Source: Alphaproteobacteria bacterium (lineage in GTDB: Bacteria > Pseudomonadota > Alphaproteobacteria > RF32 > CAG-239). Taken from it: DNA of 64,000 nt. Location: assembly GCA_017470165.1 (NCBI GenBank), contig JAFUEX010000003.1, positions 19,544 through 83,543 on the forward strand, written 5' to 3'. The notes under the pieces were generated by a model. The model was not told the DNA's origin. It saw nothing but the letters and a program-made list of their open reading frames with translations, and made no database searches. Positions 18,792 to 28,813 of this stretch are shown here, piece after piece. The first letter of the stretch is position 1. Each line of letters opens with the position of its first letter. Both the position numbers and the translations under genes were made by a program.

Positions 18792-19441
18792 GACATAAGA
18801 CGCTCCAATAATGCCTGAGCCGCTGCAAATTCGGCCAGTTTTTTGCTTTTGCCGGAGCCGGAGGCCTGAAGGTTGCTGCCAATATTGACCTTGACGGTAA
18901 ATATCGGTTCGTGCTCGCTGCCGTTGCGTGAGATAACCTCATAATCCGGCGGAGGTAATTTGTGATGATGGGCAAACTCTTGCAAGGTGGTTTTGGCATC
19001 TTTGGGCGGGGTAATATCGCGATTAATTAAGTCGCGCCAATGTGCACTGACAAATTCGAGAGCTTTTTCTTGTCCGCCGTCGATATAAATTGCACCGATA
19101 ACCGCTTCCATAACATCGCATAGTACATTTTCACTATGGCGCAAGTCATCCGAAATAACCTTCATAAACTTGTCTAATTGCACATCCAAAGCAACTTTTG
19201 CCACTGTCTCTTTGCATACCAAGTGTACAAATCTTTGTGAGAGGCCGCCTTCCGGTTCGTTGGTGAAAATATTATAGAGCATAAAAGCTACCGCCATTCC
19301 CAATACGCGGTCGCCCAAAAACTCCAATCGTTCGTAGTTGGCATCCACTTTTTGCTTCATACTGCTGTGAGTGATGGCTCTTTGCAGCAGCTCCGGAGTG
19401 TTAAATTGGTAGTTTAATAAATCTTGCAGTTTTTTTGTCAT
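18788..19441 (-). CDS. rnc: Ribonuclease III
   Basis: NYERLEFLGDRVLG signature plus a C-terminal dsRBD. Confidence 0.9.
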   Translation of the reverse strand: MTKKLQDLLNYQFNTPELLQRAITHSSMKQKVDANYERLEFLGDRVLGMAVAFMLYNIFTNEPEGGLSQRFVHLVCKETVAKVALDVQLDKFMKVISDDLRHSENVLCDVMEAVIGAIYIDGGQEKALEFVSAHWRDLINRDITPPKDAKTTLQEFAHHHKLPPPDYEVISRNGSEHEPIFTVKVNIGSNLQASGSGKSKKLAEFAAAQALLERLMS

Positions 19442-19447
19442 AATGTA

Positions 19448-20176
19448 TCAATCAATTTTGTTAAACAGACGTGACCAACGGATTTTTTTAACCCAAGTCC
19501 AAGGCTTGTACCAAGCATCTTCATCGTTGTGAGAAAAGAACAAGACGCGGGCTTTGCCGACCAAACAATCCAAGGGGACAAAACCGACACTGACTCTGCT
19601 GTCGTCGGAGTGATCACGATTGTCGCCCATCATAAAATAATGTCCTTCGGGGACCTCAACCTCCATAAAATTGTCATTAGGTTCGTGGTCGGAAACCTCT
19701 AAGATATAATGCTCTTTGCCCTCGGGTAACACCTCAATATAGCGGTTATAATACTCGGCAGCGCCATAGCGGTTGCGGATAACAAATTCTTCCTCGTTTT
19801 TGCGCTCGAGCATTTTGCCGTTGATATAAAGACGGCCGTCTTTCAGCTTGATTTTGTCTTTAGGCAGTCCGATGACACGTTTGATAAAATCAGTAGAATT
19901 ATCTTTGGGGTTTTTGAAGACAATCACATCGCCGCGCTGCGGCTCATCCACCCAAATGCGCCCCTTAAACAAGGGTAGGCTGAAAGGAAAAGAATGACGC
20001 GAATAGCCGTAAGTGTATTTGGAAACAAACAAATAATCTCCGACATACAAAGTGGGATACATTGAGCCTGAGGGTATCTTAAAAGGCTCAAACCACAGGC
20101 TTCTGATTACCACGGCAATCAAAATGGCATAAAAAACCGTTTTCACTGTATCAACAAAACTTTCTTCTTTTTCCAT
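19448..20176 (-). CDS. lepB: Signal peptidase I
   Basis: IPSGSMYPTL (catalytic Ser box), GDVIVF, KRVIGLPKD and GDNRDHSDDSR boxes. Confidence 0.9.
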   Translation of the reverse strand: MEKEESFVDTVKTVFYAILIAVVIRSLWFEPFKIPSGSMYPTLYVGDYLFVSKYTYGYSRHSFPFSLPLFKGRIWVDEPQRGDVIVFKNPKDNSTDFIKRVIGLPKDKIKLKDGRLYINGKMLERKNEEEFVIRNRYGAAEYYNRYIEVLPEGKEHYILEVSDHEPNDNFMEVEVPEGHYFMMGDNRDHSDDSRVSVGFVPLDCLVGKARVLFFSHNDEDAWYKPWTWVKKIRWSRLFNKID

Positions 20177-20239
20177 AATCTCTACAACTTTCAGTTTATT
20201 GTTTGGGTTGCATCATATATGATTTTTTTTATTTCACAA

Positions 20240-20629
20240 CTATATTTTTTCAATAATAACCACCGCGTGAGCCCAAGGCCGGTCATCGCTCAAAGATACT
20301 TGGATATTGGACTGAGTGTCTCGGGTAAGCGAAAGAAGTCTTGCTTGAGCCTGACCGGAAAAAGTAAGATGCGGACGGCCGGAGGCATCGTGAGAAAGCT
20401 CAATATCCCGCAAGGTTATGCCGCCGGAAAATCCGGTACCCAAGGCTTTGGCGGCAGCTTCTTTAACCGCCCAAAGTTTGGCGAGTTTTACGGCGGTTTC
20501 GGTGCCGGATTGCAAGTACTGTTTTTCGGCTTTGGTGCATACTCTTTCAATAAAAGCGCCGCCGTTTTTTTCTAAAACCGCTTTGATTCTTTCGATGCTT
20601 ACAATATCTGTTCCTAATCCGATAATCAT
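20240..20629 (-). CDS. acpS: Holo-[acyl-carrier-protein] synthase
   Basis: 129 aa: MIIGLGTDIVSIERI.., ..WAVKEAAAKALGTG. Confidence 0.85.
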   Translation of the reverse strand: MIIGLGTDIVSIERIKAVLEKNGGAFIERVCTKAEKQYLQSGTETAVKLAKLWAVKEAAAKALGTGFSGGITLRDIELSHDASGRPHLTFSGQAQARLLSLTRDTQSNIQVSLSDDRPWAHAVVIIEKI

Positions 20630-20640
20630 TGGTGTTCCTT

Positions 20641-22779
20641 TTAGTTGGCTCGGGCGGCATAAGACACCACTTTGGATGACTTGACCGCAGCGATAATATC
20701 GTTGAGTTGTTTGAGGTCGTGCACCTCAACGTCGACAATCAGTTCAAAATAGCTCATGGTGCGGTTGGTAATGTTGAGGTTGGCAATATTTCCTTCGGCA
20801 CGGGCGATAATATTGGACAAGTCGCCCAAGGCTCCGGGTTCGTTAGCCAAAATAATTTTTAGTCGGCCTACGTGCAAGTCGCTTTCGGCGGCATCGCCCC
20901 AAGATATATCCAACCACCTTTCCGGCTCTGAGGCATATTTTTCCAAGGCTTTGCAATCAATAGAGTGGACGGCAACCCCTTTGCCGGTGGTTACGATGCC
21001 GACAATTCTGTCCCCCGGCAAGGGGTGGCAACAGCCGGCAAAATGCACGGCCATTCCGGGGATAAGGCCTTTAATCGGCAAAGGTTCGGCCTTGTTCTTT
21101 TTGTCGCGACCAAGGCTTTTGGCTTTGAATGACTTAACCACTTTGCCCAATTTAGATTGTTTGTAGCTGGGATAAACCGCCTTAAGCACATCCCAAGCTG
21201 AGACTATACCCTCGCCGACCTTAGCATAAATATCTTCGACGGATTCGGCTTCAAAATTCGGCAAAACACTAATTAGCACCTTTTCGCCGAATTCTAAATT
21301 TTCACCTTTGAAAGTGCGCTCCAAAATTTGCTCGCCCAAAGTGATAAATTGCTCACGCTTGTTGGCACGGATATAGCGACGAATGGCAGCTTTGGCTTTG
21401 CCGGTGACTACAAATCTATCCCATTCGGGGGAGGGGTGCTGGGCTTTGGAAGTTAGCACCTCGACTTGGTCGCCGTTTTTCAAAATGGTGCGCAAAGGTT
21501 TAATCTCGCCGTTGATTTTGGCGCCGACACAGGTGTTGCCGACCTTGGAGTGCACGGCATAAGCAAAATCAACCGGAGTAGAGTTGACCGGCAAACCTAT
21601 CAGGTCACCTTTGGGAGTAAAACAAAATACCTGATCGTTGTACATTTCGAGTTTGGTGTTATCCAAAAACTCCTCCGGCGATGAGGATTCTTCCAAAATC
21701 TCCAACAATTCCTGAATCCAGCGGAAGTTTTTGCCGGCGGTTTTCTCGCCTTGTTTATAAGCCCAGTGCGCGGCCACACCTTTTTCGTTGACCTCGTGCA
21801 TTTCCTGAGTGCGGATTTGAATTTCGATGCGGGTGTTTTCCGGCCCGATAACTCCGGTGTGCAATGATTTGTAGCCGTTGGGTTTGGGAGTTGAGATATA
21901 GTCCTTAAAACGACGCGGCACCATATGATATTTGCTGTGAACTATTCCCAAGGCCTGATAACAGGCGGCCACATCGTCAACAATAATACGAAAAGCCATA
22001 ATATCCGAAAGCTGCTCAAAAGAGGCATTTTTCTTCTGCATTTTGCACCAGATTGAATAAGGTGATTTTTCGCGGCCTGATACTTCGCAGCGGATGCCGC
22101 CTTCGGCCATATCCTTTTCCAGCTGGCGGATAATTGCCGGCACCAAATCACTACCTTTTTCCCGCAAGAAATTCAAACGGGCTGTGATAGACTCGTAGGC
22201 CTCTTTGTGCAGTTCGCGAAAGGCAATTTGCTCTAATTCGGTTTTGATTTCCTGCATACCGATTCTTTCGGCCAGCGGAGCATAGATGTCTAAGGTTTCG
22301 CGTGAAATACGTAGTCTTTTTTCTTCGGCGCAATATTGAATGGTGCGCATATTATGCAGGCGGTCGGCCAATTTAATCAGCAAAACGCGGATATCCTCCG
22401 ACATCGCCAACAGCAGCTTGCGAAAATTCTCTGCCTGTTTGGTGTCTTTGGACTTGAGTTCAATCATAGCCAGTTTGGTCAGCCCGTCGACAATTTGCGC
22501 CACTTGCTCGCCAAAAAGTTCTTTGATTTCTTCAATGGTGGCGTCGGTGTCTTCTACGGTATCGTGCAAAAGTCCGGCAATAATTGAGGTGGAATCCAGC
22601 TTGAATTTGGTGAGGATGCCGGCAACTTCAATCGGGTGCGAATAATAAGGGTCGCCTGAAGTTCGCAACTGGGCACCGTGTTTTTTCATCGCATAAACAT
22701 AAGCACGGTTAAGGGCATCTTCATTAGCATCGGGGTCATAGGATTTAACCAAATCGACCAATTCGTATTGTCTAAGCAT
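20641..22779 (-). CDS. spoT: Bifunctional (p)ppGpp synthetase/hydrolase (RelA/SpoT homolog)
   Basis: HD domain (HPIEVAGIL..LHDTVEDT), RelA_SpoT synthetase domain (GREKSPYSIWCKM), TGS and ACT regions. ATG 22779 is preferred over the TTG at 22797. Confidence 0.9.
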   Translation of the reverse strand: MLRQYELVDLVKSYDPDANEDALNRAYVYAMKKHGAQLRTSGDPYYSHPIEVAGILTKFKLDSTSIIAGLLHDTVEDTDATIEEIKELFGEQVAQIVDGLTKLAMIELKSKDTKQAENFRKLLLAMSEDIRVLLIKLADRLHNMRTIQYCAEEKRLRISRETLDIYAPLAERIGMQEIKTELEQIAFRELHKEAYESITARLNFLREKGSDLVPAIIRQLEKDMAEGGIRCEVSGREKSPYSIWCKMQKKNASFEQLSDIMAFRIIVDDVAACYQALGIVHSKYHMVPRRFKDYISTPKPNGYKSLHTGVIGPENTRIEIQIRTQEMHEVNEKGVAAHWAYKQGEKTAGKNFRWIQELLEILEESSSPEEFLDNTKLEMYNDQVFCFTPKGDLIGLPVNSTPVDFAYAVHSKVGNTCVGAKINGEIKPLRTILKNGDQVEVLTSKAQHPSPEWDRFVVTGKAKAAIRRYIRANKREQFITLGEQILERTFKGENLEFGEKVLISVLPNFEAESVEDIYAKVGEGIVSAWDVLKAVYPSYKQSKLGKVVKSFKAKSLGRDKKNKAEPLPIKGLIPGMAVHFAGCCHPLPGDRIVGIVTTGKGVAVHSIDCKALEKYASEPERWLDISWGDAAESDLHVGRLKIILANEPGALGDLSNIIARAEGNIANLNITNRTMSYFELIVDVEVHDLKQLNDIIAAVKSSKVVSYAARAN

Positions 22780-22902
22780 TGTAACACTCTGTATCAAATA
22801 AAATTAATACCAAGCATACAATGCTATTGGTTTAATTTCGGTTAAAAAAACAAGATTGAATTTGTTTTTTTTTGCTTTGATGGGATGAAAACAGTGGGCA
22901 AC

Positions 22903-25035
22903 CTATTTAGAGTAGTTGCGATAATATCCGATTAATGTCGCCGGAGAGAGTTTATTATCAGCGGACTTGCCGGTTTTGGTGTTGCCGGTGCCGTTATTAT
23001 CATGATTATTGTTACGATATAGTTGCTTGTTTTGCTCAATTTTATCTCTGACCTTTGCGATTTTTCTTTCAGTCTCCTCGCCTTCTGTTGATTGATGAGC
23101 TGTTTGTTCGTCTTGGGAGGCGGGGGTTATTTCCTGTGTCATTTTTTCCATTTTTTGATGAAAATCATCAATTCGTTCTTTGTTGTTTTCTACTTTGCGT
23201 TGTGTTTCATATGAGAGAATACCTTGTTTGGTCTCAGGGGAGAGAGAGTTCAAAAATTCCTCAGATATTTGGGGGTAATTGGTCATTTTTACATTGGCTT
23301 TGAGACAAGCAAGATATAAGCGGGCTTTGTATTCCGGAGAGGTGATGTTGCCAAAATTGATACTTTGGTTTTGTTGCTTTGCCAATTGGGCAATATCATC
23401 AAAGCGTTGCTGCTCCGGAACTTTGGGGTGTCCGGCATTATCTGATGAGTTCATTATCAGATTGTTGTCACTGCGGATGGAAATATGCGTGGTTTCGCCG
23501 GTAGAAGTTTTGAGCGAGGCAGAGTAATCGATCGCATTTTCGTCTTCGCCATAAGTCAAATTGTCACGCCGAGCAACCTCTTGGAAATAACGGCGATAAA
23601 ATTGGCGCTTGTCATCGTCAAGCGGGGTGTGCGATGTGTCGGGCTCTTGTGTTTGGGAGGTTTGTTGCTCGTTTGATTGGTTGGGGATGGGTGAATTTTC
23701 GTTTAAGGCAAGGCCTTCGGCATCACTATGTCCGCCGCGCAGTTTGGAAATAATCTCAGGAGTAAAACCGGCCTGTCTGGCATAATCGTATCGATTTTGG
23801 GAGCGGGCTTTGATTTGCGGCAGCCATTGGTTAATTTCGCTTGCGTGCGCTTTCATCGGATCGGGAAAATCCAGACCGTTAAGGTCGAAATTTATTTTCT
23901 CTCCTTTTTGGAAAGGGTTGTCAAATTGGTTCAGCATAGCGCCAAGCACAGCTTGATAATCCGGTGAGTTGTCGGCTACATTTTGTCCGTTGTAAGGATT
24001 GTTGAGAATATAGTGATTGAGATGACGCTTGAACTGATTGTTATCTGTATCATTGCCAACATATAGTTTGGCGGATTTTTCATCCCAGTAATTTGTCACA
24101 GCTCTGAGCAGCTTATTCCAATCGGGTGTACCATTTTTTATGCTTGCATCCAAATCCTTATCTTTGCGTATTTCTTGAAAGATAGCCTGATGCTCACTTG
24201 CCTGATGATTTATCCATTCATTCGGGTTGGACGCGTTTTTATATTCTGCGAGCTTGTCGAGCAGGGGTTTCATAGTAGCGGTAACCTCGTCAAAATAGCA
24301 AACGCGGACGTAGTCGTTGAGGCTGACATTGGGAGAACCAGAGAGCGCAGCGACATTTTTGCGGTTGATGATGTGCTGTAATTCGTGAGATACAGTTATC
24401 ATCTTGTCATTTTTGTCGGTTAACTCTTTGACAGCCGGATTTTCTTGTAAATCATCGTGAGTAACGGGGGTGTTGTACATAAAGACGACTTCGTGCATTG
24501 TAATGGTGCATTTGCCGCCGTTGTTGCTGCCGCGTCCGGCGTATTCGTTCACTAAGTCGGTGATTTTGTTTTTGTACTCTTTGTCAGAGTAGAATTGGAG
24601 CTGGCCCGCATCATTCTTTTTAACATAAACTTTGTGAATCTCACGCTCGGCGGAGACATCTTCGGGCAACTCGGTAAAAGTAAAGCCGGAGTTATAACAT
24701 TTAAAACCAGCTTCTGGCTCATTCGGCGGGGTGGCTAAGTCATTCTTAATAGGATTTTCAGGGGTTATTTGCGGGCGCACCAAAGTTTCACTGGAGGAAA
24801 ATTGGGTGGTTTGTGCAAAGACCGAGGCTTTTATATCAAAAATACCCTTAGGATCATACTTTTGTTTTTCAAAATCTTCGCCTGACACCGTTTCGAACAA
24901 CTCTAAAATTTGTTCATCATCATCGTTTTGGAGTTTTTTTTCAGCCTGTTCTGACCAAGCTGATATTTCCTCTCCCCTCGGTTCGGCGTCGTCTTTGAGA
25001 ACGTGATACAAGCCATTGATGATTTTGATTTTCAT
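22903..25035 (-). CDS. Hypothetical 710-aa protein with an HExxH (HELQH) motif; N/Q/E/K-rich, no signal peptide
   Basis: Long ORF from ATG 25035 (MKIKIINGLYHV..). HELQH is encoded at 24373..24387 (verified CAC GAA TTA CAG CAC on the minus strand), with a Glu 29 residues later. The track start at 25245 is an upstream extension. Confidence 0.6.
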   Translation of the reverse strand: MKIKIINGLYHVLKDDAEPRGEEISAWSEQAEKKLQNDDDEQILELFETVSGEDFEKQKYDPKGIFDIKASVFAQTTQFSSSETLVRPQITPENPIKNDLATPPNEPEAGFKCYNSGFTFTELPEDVSAEREIHKVYVKKNDAGQLQFYSDKEYKNKITDLVNEYAGRGSNNGGKCTITMHEVVFMYNTPVTHDDLQENPAVKELTDKNDKMITVSHELQHIINRKNVAALSGSPNVSLNDYVRVCYFDEVTATMKPLLDKLAEYKNASNPNEWINHQASEHQAIFQEIRKDKDLDASIKNGTPDWNKLLRAVTNYWDEKSAKLYVGNDTDNNQFKRHLNHYILNNPYNGQNVADNSPDYQAVLGAMLNQFDNPFQKGEKINFDLNGLDFPDPMKAHASEINQWLPQIKARSQNRYDYARQAGFTPEIISKLRGGHSDAEGLALNENSPIPNQSNEQQTSQTQEPDTSHTPLDDDKRQFYRRYFQEVARRDNLTYGEDENAIDYSASLKTSTGETTHISIRSDNNLIMNSSDNAGHPKVPEQQRFDDIAQLAKQQNQSINFGNITSPEYKARLYLACLKANVKMTNYPQISEEFLNSLSPETKQGILSYETQRKVENNKERIDDFHQKMEKMTQEITPASQDEQTAHQSTEGEETERKIAKVRDKIEQNKQLYRNNNHDNNGTGNTKTGKSADNKLSPATLIGYYRNYSK

Positions 25036-25188
25036 TGTCGGTCTTTCGTTGTGAGTGTTTGATTTGAGAACAGAATAGCATTTTTGGCGTATTTTGTCAA
25101 TAAATATCGCGGGAATCTTAAATATTTTTTTTATAAATTTCAGGGTATAATCACGTTTAAGTTTACAGATAAGACAAAAGGAGGGGAA

Positions 25189-26314
25189 ATGTTGTCGGAA
25201 AAATTGGCTAACTTTATGTAGGATAACGGATTTGCGGCAGGACAAATAAAAGAGTTTTTATGCGGAATGCCCAAAATGAGAAAAAGCAAAAGACAAGAGT
25301 TTGTTGGTATCTTGCTGGAGGATAGGGCTAAGCTCAATGAGATATGACGAGATTTGCGCCAAAGCAAAAAATCCGACGGATATTTGCTATGCCGAAGTCA
25401 GCCGTGATTATAACCGCGCATTGTATGAGGCTTGGTAGAATTTTCAGCGTAATCAAGCAAAATCCGGCGGGGCGATTGCCGATTTGCGACATGAGATGAA
25501 TGAGTTGTCTTGTGATGAAATTATCAGCGCCGATGCGGATTTTTATACGCCGTTTGCCCGCCAACGCTATTTGTTTGAAGAGGCTTTGGATGCGATGATG
25601 AATAAGAACAATCAGCTGAAATGCATTGCTGATTTGGAGATAAAATTGCCGGATGCTTTGGTGGTGAACAAACCGGAATGGTTTTTGCCGGATTTTACAC
25701 TCGGTTCGCCGGCCGATGGGTTGTTGAACAATGCACGGAATTGGAATTTTAAGGTTTTGAATCCGGATTATATATTTACAGCGGATGGTAAATTAGGGGA
25801 AGTCGGAAAGTTTTTATTTGCGGTGTTTGACAATTTGTTTGCCTCGTTTAAGGGCGGAGTAAGAATAGACCACTTTATCGGACTGATTAATCCGTTTGTG
25901 TTTGCTAATGTTAAAGGCGATAAGAGTGGCAGACTTTACTCATCTTATGATAACCCTAAGTTGAAAAAAATATGCCAAGCACGGAGTGGAAGAGTTTGCC
26001 AATATCGTAGAAAAGATTGTGTTGGCGGCGATGCACAAAAACGGAAAAACACTAAGTGATATTTACCCCGAGGATTTGGGTGCGCGTCCGGAGCAATTAG
26101 ACGAAGTGATGGCATATTCAGGCTTGGGGCGGATGTATTTTGCCACAATTTGCTAAAAGGACGAGCTTATAATCCTTATGACGCGATTGCCTTGGCGATT
26201 TATGCCCGCGGCGATGATTTTTATCATAAGCACGAAAAATTGTTGCACGCACTGCGAGCGGCCGAAGCCGAGCTGAAACAGGCAGCGTGGGAATATATCA
26301 ACGCTATGGCTTAA
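25189..26314 (+). pseudogene. Decayed 4-alpha-glucanotransferase-like (GH77-like) gene
   Basis: AAAGGAGGGG RBS plus ATG 25189. In-frame TAG codons at 25219 and 25436. Frameshifts near 25340, in the A7 run at 25964..25970, and near 26140. The joined frames read ..GGVRIDHFIGL.. and ..YPEDLGARPEQLDEVMAYSGLGRM.., which resemble GH77 motifs. Confidence 0.5.
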
Positions 26315-26799
26315 GCTGACAGTCCGGCTGATTGCAAGAACTTGACCAGTTCTTTGAGGGCGGCAGCGGCGAATTTCTCTTTCATGCGGATGCGCGGAGT
26401 ATCTGCCGGAAGGTTGACCGCAAAACTTTTTTGGCAATTAAGACCGCATATGGTGGAATACATCACTCCGGCCGGATGTCCGTCAGCTCCCGAGGGGCCG
26501 GCAGTGCCGGTGGTTGAGATGCAAATGTCCGAACCGGTGATATTGCCAAGTCCTTGAGCCATTTCGATTGAGCATTCCTGACTGACAGCGCCAAAGCGGT
26601 TTAAGGTGGTATTTGATACCCCCAAAATGTTGTGTTTGGCCTCGTTGCAATAAGTGACAAAATTGAGGCGGACGTAGCTTGAGGAGCCGGCCACATCAGT
26701 CAGTTTGGAGCTGAGCAACCCTCCGGTGCAAGATTCAACAGTGGAAATGGTGAGACGGTTGGCCGACAAGATACGGCCGATTGTTTCTTCATCAGACAT
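26311..26799 (-). CDS. pncC: Nicotinamide-nucleotide amidohydrolase (CinA C-terminal domain / PncC)
   Basis: 162 aa: LTISTVESCTGGLLSSKLTDVAGSSSY.., typical of PncC. Confidence 0.85.
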   Translation of the reverse strand: MSDEETIGRILSANRLTISTVESCTGGLLSSKLTDVAGSSSYVRLNFVTYCNEAKHNILGVSNTTLNRFGAVSQECSIEMAQGLGNITGSDICISTTGTAGPSGADGHPAGVMYSTICGLNCQKSFAVNLPADTPRIRMKEKFAAAALKELVKFLQSAGLSA

Positions 26800-26810
26800 A
26801 AAAGGTTCTC

Positions 26811-27257
26811 CTATTTGGTTCCGGAAGAGCCAAAGCCCTTGGCGCCGCGGGAGGTTTCGCTGAGTTCAGAGCAAGAAATGACCTCGGGCTTGAAAATGGG
26901 ACAGACCACCATTTGAGCAATGCGGTCGAGCGGGGCAATGGTTACTTCGTGAGAGTTAAAATTATAAACGTTAACTTTAATTTCGCCGCGGTAAGAGGCG
27001 TCAACCGTGCCGAATTGGGCGACTATTCCCTTGGAGGTGAGGCCGGAACGCGGGCGAATCTGCACCTCGACCGAAGCAAACGGAATAGCATCATAATCGC
27101 TCAACTCAAGACATATTCCGGCAGGAATACAAGCAATGCCGAAGGGCGGAATCTCAAGCGGAGCGTCAAGGCAAGCGCGTAAATCATAACCGGAATCGCC
27201 GGCTTGAGACGAGAGCGACGGCAGGGCGGAATTGAGGTATTTTACCTTAAGTTTCAT
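26811..27257 (-). CDS. dut: dUTP diphosphatase
   Basis: AAGGAAA RBS before ATG 27257, then ..AGDSGYDLRA.., RPRSGL, GTVDASYRGEI, RGAKGFGSSG. The track start at 27338 is an extension. Confidence 0.85.
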   Translation of the reverse strand: MKLKVKYLNSALPSLSSQAGDSGYDLRACLDAPLEIPPFGIACIPAGICLELSDYDAIPFASVEVQIRPRSGLTSKGIVAQFGTVDASYRGEIKVNVYNFNSHEVTIAPLDRIAQMVVCPIFKPEVISCSELSETSRGAKGFGSSGTK

Positions 27258-27403
27258 AATATTTTCCTTATAACAGGGGTTATAGTCATATTCAATTTGC
27301 CGACAGGATAACAAATTCGACGAGATTAGCAAGGACAATTAAGCAATTTTGCTTGCTTTTATGCGGCAAGGTTATATCATAACGCTGATTGCGGGGTATA
27401 AAG

Positions 27404-28813
27404 ATGAAAATAAACAAAAAATTAGGTTGGTTTTTGGCGGCGCATATTTTGCTATGGTCATTGTTGCCGATATTGCTGCGAGCCAATCTGCCGATGGATA
27501 CGGCAGAGGCTTGGGTGTGGGGAAGTCTTGGTGAATGGGGTACCAACAAACACCCGCCGTTGTCAGGATGGCTGGCTTACGGCGCTTGGTTTTTGGCAGG
27601 GAAAAACCCTTGTGGAATCTATTGCTTGAGTGCTTTGCTCACCGCGGGAGGAATGCTGTATGTTTATCGTTTGGGAAAATGTTTTTTGAGCGAAGGACAA
27701 GCCTTGGCTGCTGCGGTTTTGTTGGAAGGAGTGGCGTATTATAACTATGTTATACCCGAGTATAATTGCAATATAGTGGCACTTTTTTTGTGGCCGGCTT
27801 GCAGTTTTTATTTTTACCGCGGTATAAAAGATAACTTGTGGGGCGATTGGCTGTTGTTTGGTGGGTTGGCCGGCGCTAATATTTTGAACAAATATGTTTC
27901 GGGGGCCTTGTTGGTCGGTTTGGGCGGATATATGTTGTTTACTAAGGCCGGACGGGCCAGATTGAGTTCGGGGAGGGTTTATGTTGCGGCGGCGCTCGGG
28001 TTAGCGCTGACATTACCGCATTGGGTGTGGCTGTATAACCGTGATTTTTTTGTGTTGGAGTATTTTGCACGGCGCAGTTCAGCCGGTGGGGTTATGCCTT
28101 ATGGAATGGGGCATATCGTCTACACGGCCAAGTTTATCGGTGCGCAGGTTTTGGCCGGTTTGGCGATGCTGGCGGCGTTGGTTTGGTTGCGTAAAAGGGC
28201 ATCAAAAGAGCCGATGATGGCCAAACCGGAGAGGCAGTTTGCATTTTGGGCGGGAATTTGTCCGATGTTGATTATGGCGTTGGTGCCGCTTGTCAGTGGA
28301 GTTAAGCTAAAGAGTATGTGGGGATCGCCGGCCGAATATATGCTGGGGATATGCTATATGGTATGGCTGCCGTTTAAGGTGAACGAGGGCAAAGTTATGC
28401 GGACGGCATATGGTCTGCTGGGGGCATTTTCTTTGGTTTTTGCCGCGCAGACAGAGCTTACTTTGAGTGCTAAATTTAATTTGGATGCTAAAGATTTTGT
28501 CCGCAATGTCGGGGGCGACGAAGCAAAATATGTCGGCGGCAGTGTGTGGCTGGCTTCAATTCTCGGGGTTTACGGTTCGGCAGCACCGGAGGTGATTTTT
28601 GAGATGGATGCCGATATCAATCCGTGGATTGATATAAATAAGGCAAAGCGGGAGGGAATTTTGGCGGTAGAAGAGTGCAGGGCAGCTTATGCGGCGCATC
28701 GCCGTGATTTTGCCGATTTGCCGGAGCCGATGGAATATGTGTGGCAGGCGAAAAATATTTGGGGACAGACCAAAGAATATCGATTTTTTTATGGTAAAAC
28801 GGAGAAAAAATAA
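27404..28813 (+). CDS. GT-C fold glycosyltransferase, family 39 / ArnT-like
   Basis: Polytopic membrane protein with a PMDTAEAWVWG..KHPPLSGWL N-terminal motif typical of ArnT/PMT_2-type transferases. Its stop abuts the next gene's start. Confidence 0.75.
   Translation: MKINKKLGWFLAAHILLWSLLPILLRANLPMDTAEAWVWGSLGEWGTNKHPPLSGWLAYGAWFLAGKNPCGIYCLSALLTAGGMLYVYRLGKCFLSEGQALAAAVLLEGVAYYNYVIPEYNCNIVALFLWPACSFYFYRGIKDNLWGDWLLFGGLAGANILNKYVSGALLVGLGGYMLFTKAGRARLSSGRVYVAAALGLALTLPHWVWLYNRDFFVLEYFARRSSAGGVMPYGMGHIVYTAKFIGAQVLAGLAMLAALVWLRKRASKEPMMAKPERQFAFWAGICPMLIMALVPLVSGVKLKSMWGSPAEYMLGICYMVWLPFKVNEGKVMRTAYGLLGAFSLVFAAQTELTLSAKFNLDAKDFVRNVGGDEAKYVGGSVWLASILGVYGSAAPEVIFEMDADINPWIDINKAKREGILAVEECRAAYAAHRRDFADLPEPMEYVWQAKNIWGQTKEYRFFYGKTEKK

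Noticed and set aside
25036-25245. N-terminal extensions in the track. Examples are 22903..25245, 26811..27338, 50133..50951, 47092..47919, 42324..43559, 3740..4345, 8673..9332 and 55137..55655.
   Set aside because: Internal ATG codons with proper RBS, signal peptides or family-typical N-termini give better starts. Several track starts are GTG/TTG codons inside upstream genes or terminators.
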